A DNA stretch of 64,000 bases from a virus: positions 64,001 to 128,000 of IMG/VR virus record IMGVR_UViG_3300020411_003715; one strand, given 5' to 3'. Of this stretch, positions 9,391 through 18,319 are shown in pieces. A program made the translations under genes and the position numbers. The notes under the pieces were generated by a model that searched no databases, was not told where the DNA came from, and saw nothing but the letters and a program-made list of their open reading frames with translations. Position 1 is the first letter of the stretch. Every line of letters begins with the position of its first letter.

Positions 9391-10035
9391 ATGGTAACTA
9401 TATTAGACCCTAATAATGCAGTAGCTGATTATGTGATACAGGTTAGCACGGTCTTTCGGCCGAACACGTCGAATCGATTAGGCTCCTTCAACCTTTGGTC
9501 GAAGGGCGGATGGTTTGGACAAGCTGACGAGCTTCTTAAGTTTTGCCCCGCAAATGGTTGCCTAGGCTTTCACTCCGACTCCTTCTCGTTAACGGAGCAG
9601 GAAGCGGAGCGTATCGGCGACCTTACCCAGGGCGAGGTGTCTAAGTGGCCCTTAGATTTACAGGCCAAGTATCACAATTGGTATGAGTTGCCTGTCGTGT
9701 GTGATCTTTGCGGAACTATAGGCATCCGAGAAAACCTCCCGGACAGCTACGGGTTCAATATGGATACGACGAAGATTGCCAACAGGATGGCGCAATTCTA
9801 CACCGCTCTCGGTGGGCTGGCTGATATTTATATGGTCAGGACCAAGAAGGATATGGTCTTCCAAAAAGCCCGGGAAGAGCTATACTCAACCGACTATAGC
9901 TTTAATAGGTATCGAAAAACCCTCGAATCCGCTCGCGATCGGGATTGCGTATACTACCCGCTGAAGAGTATTATCAAGGACACCGCTAGTGGCGGGGACT
10001 TGGCAAAAAGATTTAAAGCCTTACTGGATGCTTGA
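9391..10035 (+). CDS. Cys-containing hypothetical protein
   Basis: 214 aa; CPANGC and CDLC suggest a Zn site. Confidence 0.8.
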   Translation: MVTILDPNNAVADYVIQVSTVFRPNTSNRLGSFNLWSKGGWFGQADELLKFCPANGCLGFHSDSFSLTEQEAERIGDLTQGEVSKWPLDLQAKYHNWYELPVVCDLCGTIGIRENLPDSYGFNMDTTKIANRMAQFYTALGGLADIYMVRTKKDMVFQKAREELYSTDYSFNRYRKTLESARDRDCVYYPLKSIIKDTASGGDLAKRFKALLDA

Positions 10036-10370
10036 CAAATATGAATATTCAAGAGGTATTATCCGAGATCGTTAAGAGGCAACACAGCATTGCTGTGTAC
10101 AGCGACGTAATTGATTACCTCGAAGAGTACCTTCCTTCGGACACGGAGCCCGTTCCCGAAGAAACCTTGACTGTAGAGGGCTCTTGCTTTGAGCCAAAAG
10201 TTACCCAAGAGGCCATAGAGGCTGTTATAGAAACCTTGTCTGGGATTCTTTCTGAGGAGCAGAAAGAGCTAGATAAATTAAATTCGATGGAGATAAAACC
10301 AAATGAAAAACCCCGCAAGCAACCAGCAAAGCGTTCCGCCACAAAACCAAAGCGAAAACAAGGAAAGTGA
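10032..10370 (+). CDS. Hypothetical protein
   Basis: 112 aa; acidic body and basic tail. Confidence 0.7.
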   Translation: MTNMNIQEVLSEIVKRQHSIAVYSDVIDYLEEYLPSDTEPVPEETLTVEGSCFEPKVTQEAIEAVIETLSGILSEEQKELDKLNSMEIKPNEKPRKQPAKRSATKPKRKQGK

Positions 10371-10662
10371 GGCCACCTTTGAGGAGGTTGTCGCTGGCCG
10401 ATTAGCTGTTTCTGAGCAGCTTCTTAATGAGCTTCTCAAAGGGTTTGGCATGGCTGGTCAGGCCGTTAACAGACTTGAAAGCTTCACGTTTAGCTTAGTA
10501 GCACTGCTCTTGAAGAAGGAGATTGCCACTATCGAGGAGATTCGCGAGCTACAGGAGCAGTTACAGGGACACGACGATCTGAATGTTTTCTGGGGCGTCG
10601 AGCCGCCAGAAGGCGCTGATCCCGCCGATGTGGGCACAGAAGATACCGCCACCGAAGAGTAG
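10303..10662 (+). CDS. Hypothetical protein
   Basis: 119 aa; GGAG RBS; helical. Confidence 0.7.
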   Translation: MKNPASNQQSVPPQNQSENKESEATFEEVVAGRLAVSEQLLNELLKGFGMAGQAVNRLESFTFSLVALLLKKEIATIEEIRELQEQLQGHDDLNVFWGVEPPEGADPADVGTEDTATEE

Positions 10663-10686
10663 CGCGGTATTTCTAAGCTTGGGTAT

Positions 10687-10714
10687 TTGAAGACACTGCT
10701 TGCGAAGATATAAT
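10687..10714 (+). promoter_or_regulatory. Sigma70-like promoter TTGAAG-N16-TATAAT
   Basis: Near-consensus hexamers in the intergenic gap before 10765. Confidence 0.45.
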
Positions 10715-10764
10715 CAATTTGAAGCACGGCTTGTCTTATTGATGCATTATCTGGAGCCCACTGT

Positions 10765-11103
10765 ATGGACACGACCTCATTAGTAACCACCCTTGTAGCA
10801 GCACTGGGTGCGTTAGCGCCCGCCATTCTGCTTGTTTCGGCGCACTACAAGAAGTTACGTGATGATGTCGTGGCCGCGAGAACTGAGTTTAGTGTTGGAA
10901 TAACGGCGTTTAAGGCTGAGCTTAGCTCTGGACTTCAACTCGTCAACCAGAAGATTGCGTCCATTGAGAGGCAGATCGCGGACCAACAGCAGCACGTGGC
11001 TAAGCTTCAGGATGACCACGTCAAGCTTGCCGAACGATTGGCTGTGGCCGAGACCCAGATACGGGCGGTCGCCGGCACTTCAACAAACAGCAAGATTATT
11101 TAG
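10765..11103 (+). CDS. Membrane-anchored coiled-coil protein (holin-like candidate)
   Basis: N-terminal hydrophobic LVTTLVAALGALAPAILLV followed by a heptad-rich helix. Confidence 0.65.
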   Translation: MDTTSLVTTLVAALGALAPAILLVSAHYKKLRDDVVAARTEFSVGITAFKAELSSGLQLVNQKIASIERQIADQQQHVAKLQDDHVKLAERLAVAETQIRAVAGTSTNSKII

Positions 11104-11141
11104 CCGTCATCCGAATTTCCAATGCTTACCGGGGGTTTCAT

Positions 11142-11357
11142 ATGTCTTTTGACCACTCTGGTAGGCACGGCGGCAACGCGATAACGCATCCACCAATAGG
11201 TTCATGGGTAACCATTAAAGAGGGGATGCTCTTCGGAGGCGAGCGCCTCAGGGTTCTGGACGTAAAGGGTTATCTGTACGCTATCGCCTATCGAGTCTAT
11301 GTGGACGCCCCCGATGGGACGAGCACGTGGTATTGGCCGTGGGAGCTTACCTTCTAG
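11142..11357 (+). CDS. Small SH3-like hypothetical protein
   Basis: IGSWVTIK...LRVLDV...YRV...WYWPWELTF is a beta-barrel-like pattern. Confidence 0.6.
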   Translation: MSFDHSGRHGGNAITHPPIGSWVTIKEGMLFGGERLRVLDVKGYLYAIAYRVYVDAPDGTSTWYWPWELTF

Positions 11358-11405
11358 TCTTAGGTAAAAACGGGGAATCTCTTCCCCGCCGCCCCAAAAC
11401 TGGGG

Positions 11406-11720
11406 CTACCATCCGACATACTCGTCGTCCGGCCTCTTCTGCTCCTTTTCCCACTCTCGTTGGGCTTTATCGTCCGCCTCCTGGTAGAGCCTCTCGGTAT
11501 CAGAGAGCCACTGCTCTTTAGTCTCTTCTGAAGTCAGTGCCGAGATGACAGTTGCCACACCGAACGCGAGCCCTACGATCAAGCCTTCGTACAAGGGCCG
11601 ACCCAGCGGCACAGCCAGCGCGACTGCGATGATGGCGGGGATAGCGGAAGCAAAGATGGTGTCGAAGATGACTGCGAACACTCGGTATTCACGAAGCTCT
11701 TCTTTTTGTCGATCATTCAT
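11406..11720 (-). CDS. Two-TM membrane protein
   Basis: Two hydrophobic segments; AGGAGG RBS. Confidence 0.75.
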   Translation of the reverse strand: MNDRQKEELREYRVFAVIFDTIFASAIPAIIAVALAVPLGRPLYEGLIVGLAFGVATVISALTSEETKEQWLSDTERLYQEADDKAQREWEKEQKRPDDEYVGW

Positions 11721-11801
11721 TTGGACCTCCTAGTCTCTGTCTGTTTGGCGCGTTAGATAGTAGCACGCTATAAAAGATTGTGAATTCAATCCTTCAAAGT
11801 T

Positions 11802-11830
11802 CTTATAACGAAAAAGAGGGCCCCCCTTGC
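11802..11830 (-). promoter_or_regulatory. Putative promoter GCAA-N19-TATAAG
   Basis: Exact motif; GCAA is also the loop of the overlapping terminator. Confidence 0.55.
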
Positions 11831-11840
11831 GAGGGGCCCT
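11811..11840 (-). terminator. Intrinsic terminator
   Basis: AGGGCCCCTC-GCAA-GGGGGGCCCT-CTTTTT downstream of 11884..12351. Confidence 0.8.
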
Positions 11841-11883
11841 CAGTGACCCTTGAGCGATGATCCTTAAAAGGAGGGGGACAGGG

Positions 11884-12351
11884 TTAATGAACCATCGGAT
11901 TCAAGAGCCACATAGCATTCTTAAGAAAGAAGTCTTCGTTTGAGTCATTTTCCGCTGGCTGTATGTGATCTAAGCACTCGATCGCGTCATCTGACCCTCT
12001 AGAGAAAAAGGCTCTTATGTCAGCGGCCGTCTGCTTATCCCCCCTCCTGCAGAATAGGGTTATCCTGCTTGATGCCTCAACCTCTTCCGGCTCATCAAGG
12101 CCGGCGGACTGAAGCACAGCAGCGATGTCACTCTCGCTGGGAGGGTCTAGGTCCATCCCGTAAAACAACACTCGGTCTTTGTGGGAGAGCATAAGGTACA
12201 TTGTGTCACCCCCCTCCTCGTCCTTAAACCTCCCAAAGTCTGATGTTACCCCGGGGGCGGATAGGACCCCTCCCGACGTAAATGGACCAACAGTCTCTAT
12301 CGTGTAGTTATGTATGTCCGAAAGTATCGCTGATCTTGGATCACCAAACAT
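11884..12351 (-). CDS. Hypothetical protein
   Basis: 155 aa; GGAGG RBS. Confidence 0.75.
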   Translation of the reverse strand: MFGDPRSAILSDIHNYTIETVGPFTSGGVLSAPGVTSDFGRFKDEEGGDTMYLMLSHKDRVLFYGMDLDPPSESDIAAVLQSAGLDEPEEVEASSRITLFCRRGDKQTAADIRAFFSRGSDDAIECLDHIQPAENDSNEDFFLKNAMWLLNPMVH

Positions 12352-12391
12352 GGGACCTCCATATCCGAAATCTTCCCCGATTATATGCTAA

Positions 12392-12420
12392 TAAAGGGGG
12401 GCACATAAAACCCCCCTTTA
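12392..12420. terminator. Hairpin, likely terminator
   Basis: TAAAGGGGGG / CCCCCCTTTA perfect 10-bp stem after the stop at 12433. Confidence 0.65.
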
Positions 12421-12432
12421 GGAATCACCCCC

Positions 12433-12696
12433 TCAGGCACCCTTAGCGCGCCTAGCCTCCTCTTTCTTTATTACATCGACCATTTTCGCCTGCGACCCGT
12501 ATCTCTCAACAAGCTCCTTTAGGTATTTCATATCACCGCCGAGAGACGGGTTATTCTTGCGTAGATTGTTGTTCTCTTCTGTAGCCATAGCTAACCTCCC
12601 GATATTCTTTGAAAGTGTATCTACTACGCTCACGATCTGCGGAAGCGTAGCATTAAAAAATTGTTGGGTATTACCAGCGTTCTGCCACCATCCCAT
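12433..12696 (-). CDS. Hypothetical protein
   Basis: 87 aa; GAGGAGG RBS; promoter upstream. Confidence 0.75.
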   Translation of the reverse strand: MGWWQNAGNTQQFFNATLPQIVSVVDTLSKNIGRLAMATEENNNLRKNNPSLGGDMKYLKELVERYGSQAKMVDVIKKEEARRAKGA

Positions 12697-12753
12697 AAAA
12701 AACCTCCTCGATTTTTTTTATTTGGCAAAAAGTACATATTGAGCTTCGAGGTG

Positions 12754-12781
12754 CTTATACCCATACAAAAGGCTGTCTTGC
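12754..12781 (-). promoter_or_regulatory. Putative promoter GCAA-N18-TATAAG
   Basis: Exact motif upstream of 12696. Confidence 0.65.
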
Positions 12782-12843
12782 GCCACAGTTCCCCCCTTCC
12801 ACTTCGTTAATAATGCCAGCTAAACTGGTAATATTCACTGTTA

Positions 12844-13215
12844 GTGGAGCGAAAAGCTATGGAAAATGGGGATAAAAAAATTGTTTTATTACACGCCCTG
12901 AATTTCTTTGACGCTCTGCTCACGCTTTACGCCGTCCGTCTTGGCGTTCTGGAACTTAACCCGCTGATGGCTTGGGCTATCGATGCGGGCCCCGTAGTGT
13001 TTCTGGTGACAAAAGTTCTAGTCGTTTCGGTCGGCATCGAATTTTTAAACAGGCACCTAAAAGAGGATGCTAGACGACTTCTTTCGTATTTATTTTATAT
13101 TTATTGCGCGGTAATACTTTGGCACCTATTCGGAGTATTAGCGCTTTATAGCATATCCCCAAGCGAGAACGTCAGGCACCTAGGGGCCTATCTGGGGAAG
13201 GGCTATGCGGATTGA
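12844..13215 (+). CDS. Small multi-TM membrane protein (DUF5658-like)
   Basis: LNFFDALLTLYAVRLGVLELNPLM...FLVTKV; three hydrophobic segments; start may be ATG 12859. Confidence 0.75.
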   Translation: MERKAMENGDKKIVLLHALNFFDALLTLYAVRLGVLELNPLMAWAIDAGPVVFLVTKVLVVSVGIEFLNRHLKEDARRLLSYLFYIYCAVILWHLFGVLALYSISPSENVRHLGAYLGKGYAD

Positions 13216-15328
13216 TCGTGTTTATTGTCTTCTTGTCGTTGCTGTTTGCTTCCTTGTGTCTTGTAATGCTCCTGACAGAGCAACGGGCGCAGGCGGCACG
13301 GGACCGGTCGACGCCCAGATCGAAACCCAAGATGCGGATATCCACACACTCGATACGCCCGACGACACATCATGTCTCCCTCATTGTGGGGATGAGTACG
13401 AGTACCAACAGAGATGCTGGGACACCGTACTATACTTCTGCACACCCGACGGGGGACTGCCCGGGAGCGACCCGGCCATCTACCAACAAGAGATTGTTAT
13501 CGACAAGTGCGACGAGGAGGGGAATCCTTGCGTACCAGAATACGCAAATGACCCCGATTGCCGATGGGAGATTATCTCTACCGGAGAATGTGAAGACTGG
13601 CTTGAGTGCGACCCCACCGACCCAAATGCAATTGTACAGGAAGACGTACCCTGCCAAGACGTGGACGAATCCGGGAACGAGTACGAAGGGTTTCAGGACA
13701 TCCACTGTCAGAAGGGACAGCTTATCGCAGGTCCGTGTGAGCCATGTGGTGAGGAGATCTGTGACGCTATCGACAACGACTGCGACGGAGACGTGGACGA
13801 AGGACTATATCCTTGCTCAAGTGAATGCGGAGAAGGGGAGGCTATTTGCATCGAGGGAGAGCTACACCTCTGTTCCGCACCCCAGCCCGAAGAAGAAATA
13901 TGCGACTACATCGACAATAACTGTAACGGAGTGGTTGACGAGAATCAGCTTAACGCTTGCGGCGCTTGTGGGCCTATACCTGATGAATCTTGCAATGGCA
14001 TAGATGACGACTGCGATGGTCTGATTGATGAAGACCTTATTGAGCAGTGCGAAACCCCTTGTGAGATAGGGCTCACCATATGCGTAAACGGGGTGTGGTC
14101 CCCATGTTCAGCGCAGTCTCCTGAAGACGAGGTCTGCAATGGCTTTGATGACGACTGCAATGATTTAGTTGACGATGGGATCCTATGCGAGTGTCAGGAA
14201 GAGGATGTGGGCGTTCTGATCCCGTGCATGGAAGATCCTCTTATCTGTGGGCAGGGATTCAAAACGTGTGAGTGCGTCACCCCTTTGTGTGACCAGACGG
14301 CGATGACTCCGTGCAAGGCAGCTTGCGCGTACATACCTCCACAAGGGGATGGCGTTTGCGATGAGCAGCTTGGGATGATTATGCCGGAGCTTTGCAATAA
14401 TTGGGACGACAACTGCAACCAGCTTATTGATGAAGACTTATTCTCAAATTGCTACAGCGGACCCGAAGGAACCGTGGATGTTGGGATCTGCCTTCCTGGA
14501 TCTATGATCTGCCTTGAGGGGCAATGGGGGCATTACGCAAACCCGGAACAGGAAGACATATTTATGCCGGACCATTGTCATGGAGAAGTCCTGCCAATGG
14601 AGGAAGACATATGCAATGGGGCGGATGACAACTGCGACGGTGTGATCGAAGAGGTGATGGAGGAGACAGACATAGTCTTCATAATCGATGGTTCTGGGTC
14701 TATGTCAGATAATATAAACGCTGTTGTCGCAGCGCTCACCGCCTTTGCAGCAAACTACTCAGACGCCGTGGTCATTCAGTGGGGGCTCGTTGTGGGCCCC
14801 ATGAATGGTGAGCAGTTAGTAGCTGTACAGAACCTAGCACCTTTCGAGCAGTTCATGCTTTCCCTCGTAGGACTCCCCCCGGAGGTCGGAAACGCAGGTG
14901 GGAACGAGATGCTTTATGACGCCTTATACCTAGTCGTCCACAACCTTATCGACCCCGCCAGCCTTCCGAAACATCCCGCTGCACTGGCCTGGATAGACTC
15001 TGTGGACGGGTCTGTTCCACCGATCCCCCAGTTCCAGTTTAATTGGCGAGAGGACGCAAACAAAGTTGTTGTCGTGTTCACTGATGAGGATGGGCAGTCG
15101 TACACGAACCCGGAGATAACACAGCAGAACATTATAGATGTTCTAAATCAGGCAGATGACGTGAGCGTGTATACGTTTACTCCCGAAGGGGTAAAAGAAA
15201 ACTCAATATTTTCGCAGGGCTGGCTGCCTGTTTCTGTAAACGGTGGTTGGTACGAGCTTACAAGCAGTGCCGACGAAATGTTTACTGACCTAGCTGAGGT
15301 GCTAGACGAAACAGTGTGCGGGCAATAG
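13205..15328 (+). CDS. Lipoprotein with six Cys/Asp 'putative metal-binding' (MopE-type) repeats and a C-terminal vWA domain
   Basis: Lipobox-like FLVSC; six CxxxDxxCxxxxD[E/D]-type repeats; MIDAS DIVFIIDGSGSMS and VVVFTDED. Confidence 0.85.
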   Translation: MRIDRVYCLLVVAVCFLVSCNAPDRATGAGGTGPVDAQIETQDADIHTLDTPDDTSCLPHCGDEYEYQQRCWDTVLYFCTPDGGLPGSDPAIYQQEIVIDKCDEEGNPCVPEYANDPDCRWEIISTGECEDWLECDPTDPNAIVQEDVPCQDVDESGNEYEGFQDIHCQKGQLIAGPCEPCGEEICDAIDNDCDGDVDEGLYPCSSECGEGEAICIEGELHLCSAPQPEEEICDYIDNNCNGVVDENQLNACGACGPIPDESCNGIDDDCDGLIDEDLIEQCETPCEIGLTICVNGVWSPCSAQSPEDEVCNGFDDDCNDLVDDGILCECQEEDVGVLIPCMEDPLICGQGFKTCECVTPLCDQTAMTPCKAACAYIPPQGDGVCDEQLGMIMPELCNNWDDNCNQLIDEDLFSNCYSGPEGTVDVGICLPGSMICLEGQWGHYANPEQEDIFMPDHCHGEVLPMEEDICNGADDNCDGVIEEVMEETDIVFIIDGSGSMSDNINAVVAALTAFAANYSDAVVIQWGLVVGPMNGEQLVAVQNLAPFEQFMLSLVGLPPEVGNAGGNEMLYDALYLVVHNLIDPASLPKHPAALAWIDSVDGSVPPIPQFQFNWREDANKVVVVFTDEDGQSYTNPEITQQNIIDVLNQADDVSVYTFTPEGVKENSIFSQGWLPVSVNGGWYELTSSADEMFTDLAEVLDETVCGQ

Positions 15329-15353
15329 CGGACAGCAGCAGGGATCTACAAAC

Positions 15354-15620
15354 GTGAGCACTTACGGACTTTACGAAGAAGGAACAAAACTCTCATGTAA
15401 AAAGGCGGTGGAGATTGTTGTCTTCAAGGATGACGGCCCCGAGTCGTATGTAATAGAGGAGGGCACGGAATGCGTTATTTCTGCAGACGGCCTGTTCCCC
15501 ACGGTGGAGATTTCCTGCGACGCCATGGACGTGGTCTTACGGGTAAGAATACCGTTTGATTTTGATTGGAGAGGGCACTTCTCTGTAAAAAAATACAGGC
15601 ACCTGTCTATAGTAAAGTAA
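15354..15620 (+). CDS. Hypothetical protein
   Basis: 88 aa; follows the lipoprotein gene. Confidence 0.6.
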   Translation: MSTYGLYEEGTKLSCKKAVEIVVFKDDGPESYVIEEGTECVISADGLFPTVEISCDAMDVVLRVRIPFDFDWRGHFSVKKYRHLSIVK

Positions 15621-15821
15621 TTATCGGCCGGACAGCCACCCCATTACAAACCCACCAATCAGGGCCAGAAGGACCAGACCAACCCACAGTTGGATGCCCA
15701 ACTCACAGTTGGTCGCAGAGGTGTTCCTGGACCGCTGACGCACTACTTCCCTTAGATCCCCCACCGGGGCACCACATTCAGAGCACTCATCTGTATTGGG
15801 CATTCTGTGACTCAAGGGCAC
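15621..15821 (-). CDS. Small protein with CxxC and a C-terminal TM
   Basis: ECSECG; hydrophobic LWVGLVLLALIGGFVM. Confidence 0.55.
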   Translation of the reverse strand: MPLSHRMPNTDECSECGAPVGDLREVVRQRSRNTSATNCELGIQLWVGLVLLALIGGFVMGWLSGR

Positions 15822-15862
15822 TCCTAGCTAAAAACAAGGGGGATAACCCCCTTGCCGATTGC

Positions 15863-16021
15863 TTACGCAATCTCTTTTCGATCAACCCATCTGGTAATGC
15901 TACCGCCATCGCGAGCATCATACCAAGTGATCTTGAAGCTGTCCCCGCTGATCTCAAGGATCTTAGCGAGAACACCCCCAGGACCGATGGAGTGGACCAG
16001 AACAGTCTCTCCTACCCTCAT
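15863..16021 (-). CDS. Small SH3-like protein (52 aa, not in track)
   Basis: My translation MRVGETVLVHSIGPGGVLAKILEISGDSFKITWYDARDGGSITRWVDRKEIA; TGATG overlap with the upstream stop. Confidence 0.65.
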   Translation of the reverse strand: MRVGETVLVHSIGPGGVLAKILEISGDSFKITWYDARDGGSITRWVDRKEIA

Positions 16022-16758
16022 CACTTCCTCCCCATTGAAGGTTTAAGCCAGATATCCTCACCAAGGAAAGCTTCCTGAAGCTCGGATGCAACGAAGTCCT
16101 CGTTGAAGAGAACACGCGCTGCTACAAGAGAATCGTGCTTGAAGATCTTATGAAGCTCTTCACGAATTCTCTCACGACTCACACTCTTGAGTAGGCTGGT
16201 AATATGACGGCTCTCGTAATGAGTGCTGTCGTTCACGAGAACGTTTTCCCGAAGCATCGCAGTGAGATCATAGTCCAGGTCCAGATCCTTCGTGAGAAAG
16301 AACCTAAGTGCACGCATGATGCGCAAGGCGTCTTCCTCAACCCGTTCTGCAGAGTTGCCTACACAGCGGATTACTCGATCCTGGATGTCCTCTCTCCCAC
16401 CGAAAGGATCGAACAGGTCGCCAGTACTTACCGATCGCGCAATAGCGTTCATGGTGAAGTCCCGACGGGCCAGATCATCCTCAAGGGTCCCAGGCTCTAC
16501 CGAGTCGGGATGCCTCCCGTCACTGTAGGCACCCTCTTTCCGGGCCATGACAATGTCAAAGACCTCTTTGTCCTTGATACCACGGATGGTGAAGAACTCA
16601 GGAGTCACGAGGAAGAGCTTATCAAGTTCATCCTCAGCCCACTCAAGAAGGCCGTCCCACCCAGAAGGGCAGACGGCCACGAAGTCTCGGTCACTGTTTT
16701 TCAGCCCGAGAAACTCATCGCGGATAGATCCGCCAACCTCAAAAAGCTCCACACCCAT
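16021..16758 (-). CDS. cca: Class II tRNA nucleotidyltransferase (CCA-adding / poly(A) polymerase family), short form
   Basis: VGGSIRD, DRD, DLARRDFTMNA, EDALRIMRALRF, VSRERIREEL; 245 aa. Confidence 0.9.
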   Translation of the reverse strand: MGVELFEVGGSIRDEFLGLKNSDRDFVAVCPSGWDGLLEWAEDELDKLFLVTPEFFTIRGIKDKEVFDIVMARKEGAYSDGRHPDSVEPGTLEDDLARRDFTMNAIARSVSTGDLFDPFGGREDIQDRVIRCVGNSAERVEEDALRIMRALRFFLTKDLDLDYDLTAMLRENVLVNDSTHYESRHITSLLKSVSRERIREELHKIFKHDSLVAARVLFNEDFVASELQEAFLGEDIWLKPSMGRK

Positions 16759-16772
16759 AACAACCTCCTAGG

Positions 16773-17570
16773 TTAAATGGCCCACGCGATAGTCGCACCG
16801 CGAGCAACTTTTGCTCTGGACTTCTCTATCGACGCTATGGGGTTGATAGAGAAGTCCCCGCGTAGGCCTTTGTAGAATAGAATTGGGAAATCCCTCTTAA
16901 GAACTTCCCACGCCTCATCACTCACATACGACGCATACATTTTTGTAATGCCCGCATCACGAAGTTTGTACTTGTCTATGCAGTACGCGTAGTGCTCGTA
17001 CACAGAAAGAAGCTCCTTCATAAGAGACTTCTTAATAGCATCCACAAGTTTGCGCCGCCGATCGTCGCAACTAAACACACGTTCGTTCAGGGGGGTGGCC
17101 GGAAACGACCCTCCCCCAAACAACTTCTCGGCGCTCAAGTTGACAACAAGATCGACCAGCAAGACCAAGTTGTCCGAACTCCTAGGGCTCCAATCGCAAG
17201 GGTCCAAGCCCAGCGTAAACGATGGCCAGCGCAAACGAGCCGTACACCCAGGATCACCAGAGGCCCAGTCGGTGAGCACGCCCCACCCACGAGTATCCAG
17301 GGAAGGCTCAGTAAAGCTATCCCGAAGACCGAGGTGGATCTCCCGCTGACGGGTCCACGAGCTTGGGACAGCAGACCCCGACACCGGATGCGCCGGCAAA
17401 GCAATTCTAGACTCACCATACGGGTAGTTCTCGTTCTCAGAAAAAACACAAAGCCTCTTGCGATCAATCTGAGCCCTAAACCCCGCTAACCTTCCGAAAC
17501 GTCCACCATCAGCAGGGTCCATAACATAGTAGTCGTATACACCGTTGGACGTCCTATCAATAATCCCCAT
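16773..17570 (-). CDS. Hypothetical protein
   Basis: 265 aa, co-oriented with cca. Confidence 0.75.
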   Translation of the reverse strand: MGIIDRTSNGVYDYYVMDPADGGRFGRLAGFRAQIDRKRLCVFSENENYPYGESRIALPAHPVSGSAVPSSWTRQREIHLGLRDSFTEPSLDTRGWGVLTDWASGDPGCTARLRWPSFTLGLDPCDWSPRSSDNLVLLVDLVVNLSAEKLFGGGSFPATPLNERVFSCDDRRRKLVDAIKKSLMKELLSVYEHYAYCIDKYKLRDAGITKMYASYVSDEAWEVLKRDFPILFYKGLRGDFSINPIASIEKSRAKVARGATIAWAI

Positions 17571-17572
17571 CC

Positions 17573-17710
17573 CTAACCTCCATTAGCAATGGACAACATC
17601 TTCATCAGCGCCATGCCAACTCCGAAACTGCCCAAAATTGTGATCACGTAGTTGCCTACCTCGATCTCAAACGTTTGCTGCATCTGCAGCGCCTTAAGAA
17701 TCTCCTTCAT
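17573..17710 (-). CDS. Small membrane protein
   Basis: AAGGAGG before ATG 17710; one hydrophobic segment. Confidence 0.65.
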   Translation of the reverse strand: MKEILKALQMQQTFEIEVGNYVITILGSFGVGMALMKMLSIANGG

Positions 17711-17750
17711 TTTCGACCTCCTTATAGGAGAGTAATTCTCCTTCACAGTT

Positions 17751-17779
17751 CTTATACCCATCCAACACCTCAGTATTGC
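17751..17779 (-). promoter_or_regulatory. Putative promoter GCAA-N19-TATAAG
   Basis: Exact motif heading the 17710-15621 gene run. Confidence 0.65.
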
Positions 17780-17866
17780 CCTTATTACGGGTTAATAAAA
17801 AAAGTGGTTCCACGTAATATCTTTGTTAAATAGGATCGCCAATACCGGAGGGGTAAGGATAATAAA

Positions 17867-18187
17867 ATGGAGATCGGCGGTGTTGGTTCGGCAGGAATGG
17901 GTGGTTCAGGAGTAAATCCGGCAGCCCCAGCGCAAGCACCAACTGCAGATAATGGAGCCCCTACAAATGTTCAACCCGATGTTTCTGAAGCAGGTCATGA
18001 AGCTGCTTCTTGTTGTGGCGGTCACAGCAGTGCTGTGGCTAGCGTTAACTTCAGCTCACAAGACTTTTTACAACTTCACCAAACAGTACGAGGAGCATCT
18101 GCGCCCGAGGGCACAAATTTCGATATGCAAAAGCTCTTGGAGTTAATAATGGCCATGAAGCTTTTGGAGCAGATGGATCGCGGGTGA
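17867..18187 (+). CDS. Hypothetical low-complexity protein
   Basis: RBS-like GGAGG/AAGG upstream; disordered N-terminus and helical C-terminus. Confidence 0.65.
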   Translation: MEIGGVGSAGMGGSGVNPAAPAQAPTADNGAPTNVQPDVSEAGHEAASCCGGHSSAVASVNFSSQDFLQLHQTVRGASAPEGTNFDMQKLLELIMAMKLLEQMDRG

Positions 18188-18319
18188 TAGACAGATCTGT
18201 CCAGCCATTGAGCACTACCGAGGAAGGGTGTTTGTTAGCTAGCGCCCTCGTTCTATCATATGTTCACGGCACTGTTTGGACCCGTGCTCGTAAACTCAAA
18301 ACCTCTAGGAGAAAAAATA

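Noticed and set aside
13212-14003. 263-aa alternative-frame ORF
   Set aside because: Fully overlaps the well-supported repeat/vWA lipoprotein; composition looks like an off-frame read.
15566-16776. Plus-strand ORFs 15566..16078 and 16204..16776
   Set aside because: Antisense to cca and its coupled small genes, which have RBSs and motifs.
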